Assembly: GCA_037135035.1 (NCBI GenBank)
Contig: JBAXLB010000001.1
Location: 160,465 to 210,024, forward strand
DNA from: Candidatus Adlerbacteria bacterium
GTDB taxonomy: Bacteria; Patescibacteriota; Minisyncoccia; Phycocordibacterales; SBAW01
DNA length: 49,560 nucleotides
Direction of reading: 5' to 3'
The notes under the pieces were generated by a model. It saw nothing but the letters and a program-made list of their open reading frames with translations. It had not been told where the DNA came from and ran no database searches. Shown piece by piece: positions 36,149 to 45,528 of this stretch (position 1 is its first letter; each line of letters opens with the position of its first letter). Both the position numbers and the translations under genes were made by a program.

Positions 36149-37480
36149 TTAAAGCATGGAGCACGCTTTCTCAATGCGTTCAAGCGTTTTTTTACGACCC
36201 AGGAGCCCTGCAAGCGTGAAAGGGTCAGGAGATTTTTCTTTTCCTGACAGGGCTACACGCATAGGCCACAACACAGACGCCCTTCCCTGTTCTGTTGCGT
36301 AGGGGAAAATAGCTTCTTTGACGCTCTCTGCGCTGAAGGGTTCATGGTTCAAAAGTAACTCCACTACCTTGGTAAGGTTAGTTTTAACTGCCGCCGCATC
36401 GGCCTTTGCTCCCTGCAACAAAAGTTCGCCTGTGGGCGCTGGAATAGTATCTTCCATAAAAGAAAATTCTCCACCCTTCAGGTAGTCGGCAGCTTCCCCA
36501 AATGTTTGCGCGCGATTTCTAAGCTCTACTCCAATTTGAGGAAGATAGGATGGAGTAGTATCGCCTCTCTCTGTCATGAACAGGCTAAGTCTGTCAACAA
36601 ACTCCTGCATCGGTAGAAGTTTCAAGTATTCATGGTTGAACCAGCGAAATTTTTCTATATCAAACACCGCGCCCGCCTTGTGCATGCGCTCGAAGCTAAA
36701 AAGTTTAATAAGTTCGTCCAGTGAAAATATTTCGCGCTCTCCTCCGGGGTTCCATCCAAGCAGTGCGAGATAATTTATCATTGCTTCTGGCAAAAAACCT
36801 TGTGCGCGATACTGCTCTACCGACGCCGCGTGTTTGCGCTTGGAAAGCTTTGTGCGGTCAGGAGCCAATATGAGCGGAAAGTGCGCGTACGTAGGACGTG
36901 TATATCCAAGCGCTTCTAAAATCAGTATCTGGCGTGGGGTGTTCGAAATATGCTCTTCTGCGCGCAAGACATGGGTTACACAGGAGTCGCCGTCGTCCAC
37001 GACTACTGCAAAATGGTACAGAGGGTCATCTATAGAGCGAGCAATAACGAAGTCTCCATGTTCGGTCGTGTCAAAACTAACCTCTCCCCGTATAAGGTCA
37101 GTAAAAGTAATTATGGTGTTAGGGTTTCTCAAGCGCACTACTTCAACCTCTTCTGTCGGGTCATCTTTTTTTGGCTCGCGTGATATATACGCCTTGTCTT
37201 CTGCTACCAGTTTTTGCAGAAGTTCTTTGTGGCGTTCGATATGTTCTGACTGTCTATATTTTGCATCAGGCTTGAGGCCACACCATTCAAAGTCATTCCA
37301 TATAGCATCAACCCACTCCTCTTTATTGCGCTCGCGGTCGGTGTCCTCTATTCGGACAAAGTATGTACCTTTGTTTTGTTTGGCAAAAATATAATTAAAT
37401 AAAGCCGTACGGACGGTTCCGATGTGCATTTGTCCAGTGGGAGACGGTGCGATGCGTGTAATTATTTTTTCAGGATTCAT
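36149..37480 (-). CDS. gltX: Glutamate--tRNA ligase
   Basis: RIAPSPTGQMHIG, RIEDTD, THVLRAEEH, KLSKR; start at ATG 37480. Confidence 0.96.
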   Translation of the reverse strand: MNPEKIITRIAPSPTGQMHIGTVRTALFNYIFAKQNKGTYFVRIEDTDRERNKEEWVDAIWNDFEWCGLKPDAKYRQSEHIERHKELLQKLVAEDKAYISREPKKDDPTEEVEVVRLRNPNTIITFTDLIRGEVSFDTTEHGDFVIARSIDDPLYHFAVVVDDGDSCVTHVLRAEEHISNTPRQILILEALGYTRPTYAHFPLILAPDRTKLSKRKHAASVEQYRAQGFLPEAMINYLALLGWNPGGEREIFSLDELIKLFSFERMHKAGAVFDIEKFRWFNHEYLKLLPMQEFVDRLSLFMTERGDTTPSYLPQIGVELRNRAQTFGEAADYLKGGEFSFMEDTIPAPTGELLLQGAKADAAAVKTNLTKVVELLLNHEPFSAESVKEAIFPYATEQGRASVLWPMRVALSGKEKSPDPFTLAGLLGRKKTLERIEKACSML

Positions 37481-38597
37481 GGGAAAGCGCGATGTCGAGC
37501 AATGCGTTAGCGACGGTGCGGGCAGCGTCCGCGCGGCCAAACCCGCGTGCGGCGGTGCTCATAGTACGAATAAGTTCGGGGTTTTGCAAAATACGGTCGA
37601 CCTCCGACACTAAAAGCCCACGGGTGAGGTTGCTCTGTTCTATCACGGTCGCTGCTCCCGAGCGTGCATAGGCATACGCATTTTGTGTTTGGTCGTGCGA
37701 AATAGCTTCTGGTATTGGGATAATGATAGACGGCAGGCCCCATACCGCGATTTCAAAAATAGTAGACCCTGCGCGCGAGATAACCAGCGTTGCTGCACCC
37801 GCTATCATGCGCATTGCAAGGTCATTTAAATAGGGGAATATTTTGTATCGGTCGGCATAGGGCGAGTTAAGTAGTGCAACTTTTGCACGCGACTCGACCT
37901 CTTTCAAGTTGGCGTGCCCTGTTTGGTGGACTATCTGATATTTTTCCAAGAGTTGCGGCAAACTGCCAAGTACCACGTCGTTGATAGTTTCTGCCCCCTG
38001 TGAGCCGCCGGTGATGTAGATAATAGGTAGGTCTTTGCTTAATTTTAAAAATTCGTGTGCGCCTTCACGTGCCGGCACAAGCGCCGCTTTGCGAATGGGG
38101 TTACCGGTAAAGGCAACACGCCCTCCGGGGAAGTATTTTTCTGCGTCGGGGTAGGACACTGCAATTTTTACTGCAAACTTCCCCGCCCACGCGTTGACCC
38201 TCCCCGGGTTTGCGTCGGACTCGTGTATAACAACCGGTATCCGGAACAGGCGTGCTGCAAGCAGCGTTGGGAAGCTGCCATAGCCACCTTTACCAAACAC
38301 GACGTCAGGATAGAGAAAGAACATACGGACAAGCGAGCGGGCCACTCCCCATGCAATTTTAAAGTAGTCGACAAAGTTTAAAAACGAAAAATAGCGGCGC
38401 ATTTTACCTGCGGCAGTTGGGACAAATATAATTTCATTCGCGACAAGCATTTCTTTGTCGTACGGGCCCGGTGCTGCAAAATAGATGTTTGGTTCGAGAA
38501 GCCTCCTTTCGCGCACAAGGTCATGCAGTGCCTCGGTCACTGCAATAATTGGGTAAAAATGTCCCCCGGTAACGCCGCCTGTTAAAAGTATTTTCAT
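37470..38597 (-). CDS. murG: Lipid II GlcNAc transferase MurG
   Basis: GGVTGGHFYP, KGGYGS, HESD, TGNPIR, GGSQGA, ISRAG. Confidence 0.95.
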   Translation of the reverse strand: MKILLTGGVTGGHFYPIIAVTEALHDLVRERRLLEPNIYFAAPGPYDKEMLVANEIIFVPTAAGKMRRYFSFLNFVDYFKIAWGVARSLVRMFFLYPDVVFGKGGYGSFPTLLAARLFRIPVVIHESDANPGRVNAWAGKFAVKIAVSYPDAEKYFPGGRVAFTGNPIRKAALVPAREGAHEFLKLSKDLPIIYITGGSQGAETINDVVLGSLPQLLEKYQIVHQTGHANLKEVESRAKVALLNSPYADRYKIFPYLNDLAMRMIAGAATLVISRAGSTIFEIAVWGLPSIIIPIPEAISHDQTQNAYAYARSGAATVIEQSNLTRGLLVSEVDRILQNPELIRTMSTAARGFGRADAARTVANALLDIALSHES

Positions 38598-39694
38598 GAT
38601 TTTTTGCTGCGCATATTTCTCGAAATATTTAATATGATACCTACTTCTGCCAAAGAGAGCGCGAGCGCGGTGCCTCCGTGCGACACAAAAATAAGAGGGA
38701 CTCCAACAAGTGGCACAAGCGCCAAGGTAGATGCAATGTTGAAAAATGATTGTCCCACAATGAGTATAACAAGCCCCACGGCGACGAGTCCACCAAATGC
38801 GTCGGGTGCTCGTGCGGCAATGCGCAGGCCTAATATACAGAACCCCGCAAATAGGAACACCAACAGGGTGCTTCCGACAAAACCAAATTCTTCTCCTGCA
38901 ACTGCAAAAATAGAGTCGCCTATAGGCTCGGGCAAGTAGGAAAATTTTTGTATGCTCTGGCCAAACCCACGCCCGGTGAACCCGCCAGAACCCACAGCAA
39001 TAAGCGACTGTTGCACTTGGTAGCCTGTGCCCCGAGGGTCTGCCGACTGGTCGAGGTACGTCTCTAGCCGCTGCGCAACGTGAGGGTAGACAAGTGCGGC
39101 GCCAGCAATGGCAGCAACCCCGACTCCTGCAAGTAGTAGTAGGTGTGTGATGCGCCCTCCTGCGGCAAAGAGCATGCCGGTAGACGCCATGCCTAAAATA
39201 ATAACGCCCGCAGTATTTGGCTGGAGTATAAGTATCGTTGCGGCACTACCGGCAATAAACATGAGTGGGAGTATGCCGCCCCGCAGTGTGTCGGTTGCCT
39301 TAAAACGCGCAGCGTAGACTGCCGCCAAAAAAAGTACCGTTGCAAACTTGAGCACTTCTTCGGGCTGGAAGGAAAAATGACCTATCACTATCCACCGTGC
39401 GGCACCTTTAAGCGAAAGGCCAATATGGGGCACAAACGTGAGCAGCGTAAGGCATAGCGCAAAACCAAACATGTACGGTGTGTAGGGCCTCCAAAATCGG
39501 TAGTCGACACGGGAAAAAAAGACAAGCAACACAGTGCCACAGACAAACCCAAGCAGTAGTTGGCTTACAGCAACAGAGGTAAACGACGCGCCGTCACGTG
39601 CAAGTAACCCGAGTGCCGCAGAGGTAAAAATAAGTAGACCAAACACAACTAGCGCGCAGAGTGTCAGGAAAAATGGTGTGTCTATCTTTTTCAC
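38594..39694 (-). CDS. ftsW: SEDS protein FtsW
   Basis: GAARWI, FQPEE, YQVQQS, LPEPIGDSIFA, FVSHGGT; between mraY and murG. Confidence 0.88.
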   Translation of the reverse strand: MKKIDTPFFLTLCALVVFGLLIFTSAALGLLARDGASFTSVAVSQLLLGFVCGTVLLVFFSRVDYRFWRPYTPYMFGFALCLTLLTFVPHIGLSLKGAARWIVIGHFSFQPEEVLKFATVLFLAAVYAARFKATDTLRGGILPLMFIAGSAATILILQPNTAGVIILGMASTGMLFAAGGRITHLLLLAGVGVAAIAGAALVYPHVAQRLETYLDQSADPRGTGYQVQQSLIAVGSGGFTGRGFGQSIQKFSYLPEPIGDSIFAVAGEEFGFVGSTLLVFLFAGFCILGLRIAARAPDAFGGLVAVGLVILIVGQSFFNIASTLALVPLVGVPLIFVSHGGTALALSLAEVGIILNISRNMRSKKS

Positions 39695-40746
39695 AGCAGC
39701 GCGACGCTCATGCCTATAATTGCCGCAAGCACACCCACTATCCAGTAGCGCATGGTTACTTTGTATGCGGGCCAGCCAATAGCTTCAAAATGGTGGTGGA
39801 GCGGTGCAATTTTTAAAAACTTTTTTCCAAATATTTTTTTGCTCAAAATTTGCAATACGTTGGAGGCAACCGTTGCAACAAGTGGGAGCGCGATAATTGG
39901 TAGCACGGTGATACCCCTACCCCCGTCGAGTGTGTCGGTCAAAAATGCGATAACAACAAGTGCAAGGGTGAGCCCCATGGTGCCGGTTTCTGAAAGGTAA
40001 AAGCGTGCGGGCGGAATGTTAAACCACAAAAATGCGAGCAAGCCGCCTGCAATAGCTCCCGAGAGTGCCGCGATGTCCATCTGGTTTTGGAAAAATGCGA
40101 TACCTGCGTACGCGGCAAAAATTGTTGAAAATATTCCTCCGGCCAAACCGTCGATACCGTCGATAACGCCGCCCGCATATATAAAGAGTGCCACAAGAAC
40201 AAAAAATGGGATGAACCACACCCCAAGCGACACTGGTTGCAGGAGAAATGGGAACGAAATTGCTGCCACTCCCAATTTTTCGTAAAACCACCAGGCACAC
40301 AGCAGTGCTATGGCGGCAACAATAAGTAGACGTATACGTAGTGGCAGCCCCGACTTGCCCTTTACTTCAAACAGGTCGTCGAGCAGGCCTACAAGTGCGC
40401 CCGCGACAAGTGCCGCAAGTGGCACCCATGTTTGATTGCGGCTGATAAATGACAGTGCGCCAAAGGCATCAGGAAATAGTACAGAAAGTATGGAAAGGAG
40501 GCCTGCGGTCAACAGCACACTCCCCCACACTACGACACCGCCAAAACGCGGTGTGCCCGAGTCGCGGCTTTCGTGTAAACGGTTAAATGTCTCGGCCGGT
40601 GTACCGTCAAACGCAACCTTCCCCGCTTTTGGTTTCCACATTTTCCGGCTGTATAAAAAGTGCGCCAAAAAAGGCGTGATGCCGATGCCAAATAAAAAGG
40701 CAATGGTCGTTGGTATAAAAATGCGCATGACGTCGGACATCATCAT
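39691..40746 (-). CDS. mraY: Phospho-MurNAc-pentapeptide transferase
   Basis: TPRFGG, GLLDD, DGIDGL, FNIPPA, APLHHHFE. Confidence 0.93.
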   Translation of the reverse strand: MMMSDVMRIFIPTTIAFLFGIGITPFLAHFLYSRKMWKPKAGKVAFDGTPAETFNRLHESRDSGTPRFGGVVVWGSVLLTAGLLSILSVLFPDAFGALSFISRNQTWVPLAALVAGALVGLLDDLFEVKGKSGLPLRIRLLIVAAIALLCAWWFYEKLGVAAISFPFLLQPVSLGVWFIPFFVLVALFIYAGGVIDGIDGLAGGIFSTIFAAYAGIAFFQNQMDIAALSGAIAGGLLAFLWFNIPPARFYLSETGTMGLTLALVVIAFLTDTLDGGRGITVLPIIALPLVATVASNVLQILSKKIFGKKFLKIAPLHHHFEAIGWPAYKVTMRYWIVGVLAAIIGMSVALL

Positions 40747-41663
40747 AGAGAAGTTTGTGTACTTTGTGCATCACGCACCGCTTGGATAAGTTTTTTCATG
40801 TCGTCAAACCGAGCGTCTTCCGTCGAGCCAAGTACAACAGCAACAAGCGGGTGCCCTATTGCTATGTCAAATACTACTGCCAAGTTGCCGCCGGCCAGGT
40901 CGGTAAAACCGGTTTTTGCTGCAACAACTCCAGGCACGCCTGCGAGCGGTAGTGCCGTTGCAGCAGCCTTTAGCGTGCGTGTGCCGTCTTGTATAGACAC
41001 ATTTGGCTGGGTTGTAAGCCCAAAGTAGTCTGGGTAATTTTGAAACAAGTGTGCAGCCAGGCGTGCGACATCAAATGCAGAGCCGTACGCCCCCGCAGTA
41101 CCGGCACTCTCGTCCAAACCGGTTGGGTTTAAAAAATACATGTGTGGCAGGCCGAGTGTTTTTGCACGTGCGTTCATAAGGTCGAGATAATTGTCGCCCA
41201 AACTTGCGGCTGCAGCTGCCATCGCGTCGTTTGACGATGCAATAAGGCCAATTTTAAGCAAACTGGAAAGCGGCACGGTGTCGCCTGCTTTAAATCCCCA
41301 GTCTCCTTCGGGTGCCAAGTCTGCTGCGGTTATCTGTACCGAGCGGCCAGTGTTGCCTCCTTCGAGCACAGTAGTTGCGGTCATCAACTTAGTAAGCGAT
41401 GCAAGTGGGAGCGGGGCGCTGGAGTTTTTTGAAAATAAAATTCTCCCGTCGGTTGGGTCATAGACTATCGCTGCTTTTGCGATAAGTGTGTTTGTATCGA
41501 GCGAGATTGATGCAGGAAAAAGTGCCACAGCCGCCACTTGTTGGCCAGGGGTTATCTTTTGCAACATCGAAACTGCGCCGACGCCGCTGCCAAATGCGAC
41601 AGCAGACAAAAGTATGGCTCCCAGGGCCGAAAAAACCGTATGATGTAGAGTTATTGTTTTCAT
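40743..41663 (-). CDS. D-alanyl-D-alanine carboxypeptidase (S11)
   Basis: ASLTK (SxxK), SSN, NPTGLD, KTG. Confidence 0.9.
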   Translation of the reverse strand: MKTITLHHTVFSALGAILLSAVAFGSGVGAVSMLQKITPGQQVAAVALFPASISLDTNTLIAKAAIVYDPTDGRILFSKNSSAPLPLASLTKLMTATTVLEGGNTGRSVQITAADLAPEGDWGFKAGDTVPLSSLLKIGLIASSNDAMAAAAASLGDNYLDLMNARAKTLGLPHMYFLNPTGLDESAGTAGAYGSAFDVARLAAHLFQNYPDYFGLTTQPNVSIQDGTRTLKAAATALPLAGVPGVVAAKTGFTDLAGGNLAVVFDIAIGHPLVAVVLGSTEDARFDDMKKLIQAVRDAQSTQTSL

Positions 41664-42232
41664 GCGGGTTCTTCTGTGGGCACTAAAAGCTCTTGTGCGC
41701 GGTAGGCAGTTTCAAGCGTGCGCAATTTTTCTTGCACGGACACATAGTCGGGCAGCTCGTCTTTGTGTGCGACTCCCAATTCTGCAAGTAGTTCTGTTGT
41801 GGGTTCGTACAAAAATGACCGTTCGTCTTTTGGGTTAGAAATTTTGCGAACGAGCCCGCGCATCAACAGTGTACGTAATGTTTGTGACGAATTTACACCG
41901 CGGATAAAGTCTATCTCGCTACGCGAGAGCGGCCCGCGGTATATTACTGCGGCAAGTGCCTCGAGCCCTGCTTTGCCTATGTCGCGCGAATATTCTTCCT
42001 TACGGATTTTCTCTACAAGCTCTGCCGCAGCTGGTGCGGTGCGGAGCTCGACAACTTTTCCATCGTCAACGAGCACAATCCCTCCCCTTGTCCGTGCACG
42101 TAGCGTTGCTAATGCCACCTCGACCATGTCTAGTTCGGCGCCCATTGCTTTACAGAGTTCGGCACGCGTAAGAGGCCTGCCCAAACTAAACAGCAACCCT
42201 TCAATTTGTATAGCTAGAGCGTTTTCATTCAT
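41660..42232 (-). CDS. scpB: SMC-ScpAB subunit ScpB
   Basis: IEGLLF, LEALAAVIYRGP, IDFIRGVNS. Confidence 0.93.
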   Translation of the reverse strand: MNENALAIQIEGLLFSLGRPLTRAELCKAMGAELDMVEVALATLRARTRGGIVLVDDGKVVELRTAPAAAELVEKIRKEEYSRDIGKAGLEALAAVIYRGPLSRSEIDFIRGVNSSQTLRTLLMRGLVRKISNPKDERSFLYEPTTELLAELGVAHKDELPDYVSVQEKLRTLETAYRAQELLVPTEEPA

Positions 42233-42965
42233 AAGACGGTACCGACACAGAGTCCGACTCTAGCACGATGTCGCTAAAGTGTTCGCCCTGGTTTGCTTTG
42301 ATTATACCCTGCTTCACCAGCTCAAGCAGTGCTAAAAAGCTGATGATAATTTCGTGCCGCGCATGCGCACTTGCCTGTTTGTTCATGCCGGCAAATTCTT
42401 TAAACGAAAGCCGGAACGCGCTTGAAACACGCGCCGCCATCTGGGTGATCATCTCTTCAATAGAGACAATTTTTTTAACGGCAACTTTTGGCAACACGAG
42501 CGACTTGGGGAACCCGACAATAAGTGTCTGCGCAGCACCTAACAGAGATTCTTTTGTAATAGACGCGTCAAATAAAAACATCGGCTCGGGTGCGGGCGCA
42601 GAACCTTCGTAGAGTGCCGGACTTTTTGTAGCTTCTCCGACACTGCGTGCGGCGTCTTTTATAAGTTGGTACAGTGCCAAACGATATTCGAGCTCTTTAA
42701 TGTCGCGCGACTCTTCTTCCGAGAGTGCGAGCGTTGGCAAGAGCGAACGCGACTTTATCAAAAGCAGCGTTGCGGCAAGGGTGACAAATTCGGCTGTCTC
42801 CCCCACGGGCAGCTCTGTGTGTGCAGAAATGCGAGCGATATATTCGTCACACACTGCAGCAAGCGACACATCGCTAATATGGAGTTTGCGTTTTTCTATC
42901 AACTCAAGCAGGAGCTCCAAAGGCCCTTCAAAAACCTCAGTTTTTACGTGCGGGCGTGTTTGCAT
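42225..42965 (-). CDS. scpA: SMC kleisin ScpA
   Basis: FEGPLELLLELI, LLLIKSRSLLP, FLALLELVK. Confidence 0.93.
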   Translation of the reverse strand: MQTRPHVKTEVFEGPLELLLELIEKRKLHISDVSLAAVCDEYIARISAHTELPVGETAEFVTLAATLLLIKSRSLLPTLALSEEESRDIKELEYRLALYQLIKDAARSVGEATKSPALYEGSAPAPEPMFLFDASITKESLLGAAQTLIVGFPKSLVLPKVAVKKIVSIEEMITQMAARVSSAFRLSFKEFAGMNKQASAHARHEIIISFLALLELVKQGIIKANQGEHFSDIVLESDSVSVPSYE

Positions 42966-43032
42966 TTCCCACATTTTACACCATACTGCGCTAATTTGAC
43001 AGGGTGCAATAATAGTGGCAACACCGGGCTTT

Positions 43033-44409
43033 TTATTTTATATAACTTTCGACAAGAGCTAGAAGGAGACGTACCGGGGCACCAACCGCACCTTTGGAGA
43101 GGAATTCGGCAGGGTGAGATGTCATGCGCGGTGCCATGTCGATGTGTGCCCACGGGCAGTCTAGGTCTTTGGCAAACTCGCGCAAAAACATCCCGCCCGC
43201 AATAACTCCCCCTTCGCGGCTGTTGCCCGCAGTCGAAATGTTGGGTACGTCGCCAAAATGGCCTTTGGTCATCTCTTCGTATTCTTCCCATAGTGGGAAC
43301 GGCCAGACATAATCGCCAGAAATTTCACCAAGTTCGCGCAGCGTATCTTCCAACTGCTGGTCGTTTGCCATAACGCACGACGCTTGCGTGCCAAGGGCTA
43401 CAAGTGCAGCCCCCGTGAGTGTTGCCACGTCTACGACAACCGCAGGGTTATATTTTTTTGCATACGTAATACCGTCGGAGAGGATAACGCGGCCTTCGGC
43501 GTCGGTGTTAAGTACTTCAATTGTGCGGCCCGACATCGAGCGCAGCATGTCGCCCGGGCGCACGGCATTTTGCCCCGGCATGTTTTCCACTGTTGGGATA
43601 AGTCCTACAACATTACTTTTCAGTTTTAACTTTGCCGCAAGTGCCACCGTGTGCAGCACAGCGGCGCCTCCCGACATGTCCATGTGCATTTCGTACATAT
43701 GGTCGCCCGGCTTCAAGTTAAGCCCGCCTGAGTCGAAGGTGACGCCTTTGCCAACAAGTACAACGGGAGCTTGCGACTTAGGAGCGCCCCAGTATTCGGC
43801 AATAACAAACTGAGGCTCGTTGTCTGAACCTTTGCCAATGCCAACAACACCGCCCATCCCAAGCTTTTCCATTTCCTTCCGGCCGAGCACGATTACTTTT
43901 GTACCGGCTCCTTTTAAAACTTTTTTTGCGAGTGCACTAAATTGCTTTGGTGTTAAGTCACCGCCTGGAGTATTGCTAAGCTCGCGTGCTGCATTAACCT
44001 CTTCCCCTGTCCAGTGGCCAACTTTTGCCCCCTCGATTCCTTCTTTAGAAATATTCGGCAAGCAGACAACGTCAACACTTGCAAAGCCGTCCTTCGGTGT
44101 GCGCTTGTATGTGTTGTGTTCGTAGCCCGCCATCACAAACGAAATGGCACTTACCTTCCCAACTTCTTTGTCAGAAAATTCTTTTGGTGCGAGTGACTTC
44201 AAATCCTTAAAATCGACAGCAATAGACTTGATGCGGTTTTGCTTCGCGACCGCAACAACTTTGCGTGTAAACAATACAAATTTCCGGCGGTTCAGATTCT
44301 TTTCCTTTCCGTATCCAATAGAAAGTATTTTTCCATCAAAACGGTTCAAACTACCTTCAATAAACTCTACTCGTACCGCATTTTTCTCCGCAGTTGGCTG
44401 AAATTTCAT
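43033..44409 (-). CDS. pepA: Leucyl aminopeptidase (M17)
   Basis: GKGVTFDSGGLNLK, DMSGG, NTDAEGR, DVATLTG. Confidence 0.95.
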   Translation of the reverse strand: MKFQPTAEKNAVRVEFIEGSLNRFDGKILSIGYGKEKNLNRRKFVLFTRKVVAVAKQNRIKSIAVDFKDLKSLAPKEFSDKEVGKVSAISFVMAGYEHNTYKRTPKDGFASVDVVCLPNISKEGIEGAKVGHWTGEEVNAARELSNTPGGDLTPKQFSALAKKVLKGAGTKVIVLGRKEMEKLGMGGVVGIGKGSDNEPQFVIAEYWGAPKSQAPVVLVGKGVTFDSGGLNLKPGDHMYEMHMDMSGGAAVLHTVALAAKLKLKSNVVGLIPTVENMPGQNAVRPGDMLRSMSGRTIEVLNTDAEGRVILSDGITYAKKYNPAVVVDVATLTGAALVALGTQASCVMANDQQLEDTLRELGEISGDYVWPFPLWEEYEEMTKGHFGDVPNISTAGNSREGGVIAGGMFLREFAKDLDCPWAHIDMAPRMTSHPAEFLSKGAVGAPVRLLLALVESYIK

Positions 44410-44522
44410 AAGCTAGCGAGTGAGAGAAATAAAGCTCGCTTTAATTTCCGAGCGAGCGACGGTTATATGAGACGAAGTGCTCATATATTTATTCTAGCTC
44501 TATTCTTGGGTTTTTTGGAGAC

Positions 44523-44582
44523 TTGACAAACAGTATGAATGAGAGTATAATTATAAAGGTTTACAACGAGCAATTTAGGAGG
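44523..44582 (+). promoter_or_regulatory. Consensus promoter and SD of cassette I
   Basis: TTGACA(44523-44528)-17-TATAAT(44546-44551); AGGAGG 44577-44582. Confidence 0.9.
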
Positions 44583-44587
44583 CCCTC

Positions 44588-44887
44588 ATGGCTCGCTTGA
44601 TCCTTTCAATCATCGCCGCTTCTTTCTTCTCAGCAACCGTCGCGTCGGCACAGAGTTACGAAGTGCCGAAGATGAACTATACAGGGCTCTGGAGGCTCTG
44701 CAAGGACGAGGCCAATCCCGACAATTGTCGGAATATGGTCGAGCGGATGTCGCTGGCAAGCCCCGCGTACGATAAAGCTGCGAAGACGCTCAACGGCGTC
44801 GTCAAGGCTTCGGACGAACTCAAAGCGGCGAACGATGAGTTCAAGGCGCAGTATCCCAACTTGTGGGACCGGCGCTACAGCAAGTAG
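44588..44887 (+). CDS. Cassette I: small secreted hypothetical protein
   Basis: Sec-type signal MARLILSIIAASFFSATVASA-Q, Cys pair, helical C-terminus. Confidence 0.8.
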   Translation: MARLILSIIAASFFSATVASAQSYEVPKMNYTGLWRLCKDEANPDNCRNMVERMSLASPAYDKAAKTLNGVVKASDELKAANDEFKAQYPNLWDRRYSK

Positions 44888-44892
44888 AATTT

Positions 44893-44943
44893 AGCCCACC
44901 AGGGCTGCGGAAAACCCTCCGCGGCGTGGTGGGTTTTCTGTTT
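44893..44943 (+). terminator. Intrinsic terminator of cassette I
   Basis: cccacca...tggtggg stem, tail TTTTCTGTTT. Confidence 0.75.
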
Positions 44944-44967
44944 GTATAATCTTGCTACAATTGTCGC

Positions 44968-45528
44968 ATGTCAGGACTTACTTTACTCACTATAGGCAAA
45001 ACACATTCTGGTAAAAGTACATTTGCAAAAGAAATTGCTACCTCTATTCCAAACTCGGTAATTTTAGAGACTGATACAATCGCATTGTTTTTGCGTTCAC
45101 ACTATCTCTCGCTTCATTCTCTCGATCTCGACCACAAAGGCAGTTTTTCAGACCCGTCTCTTAAGTTTTTGGTTTACTGCACTATTTTAGAATTTGCTTT
45201 AAAGCAAGGCTCGAACTGTATTTTGAGTAATTCAAATATGTACGAAAATGGACGTAAACAAGTGCTCGATATTATCAAGAAGTATCCGGGGAAAACGATA
45301 GGCGTGTATTTTAATTATCCAGAAGAAGTGCTTTTTGAACGCGTAAAAAATTCACAGAGAGATACCAAGGTGCTTAGTGTCTCCAAAGATTTTAACGAAC
45401 TTATTGTAAAACAACGCGAGCGTTTCCAACCGCCTAACCCATCTGACTTTGACTACTTTTTTGAAGTCACAAACCCAGACCAATTGTCTGAAATTTCTAA
45501 AGAGATTATTGAATTATATAAGCAATAG
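44968..45528 (+). CDS. P-loop kinase-like (AAA_33-type) ATP-binding protein
   Basis: Walker A GKTHSGKST near the N-terminus, RxxxR lid-like segment. Confidence 0.8.
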   Translation: MSGLTLLTIGKTHSGKSTFAKEIATSIPNSVILETDTIALFLRSHYLSLHSLDLDHKGSFSDPSLKFLVYCTILEFALKQGSNCILSNSNMYENGRKQVLDIIKKYPGKTIGVYFNYPEEVLFERVKNSQRDTKVLSVSKDFNELIVKQRERFQPPNPSDFDYFFEVTNPDQLSEISKEIIELYKQ

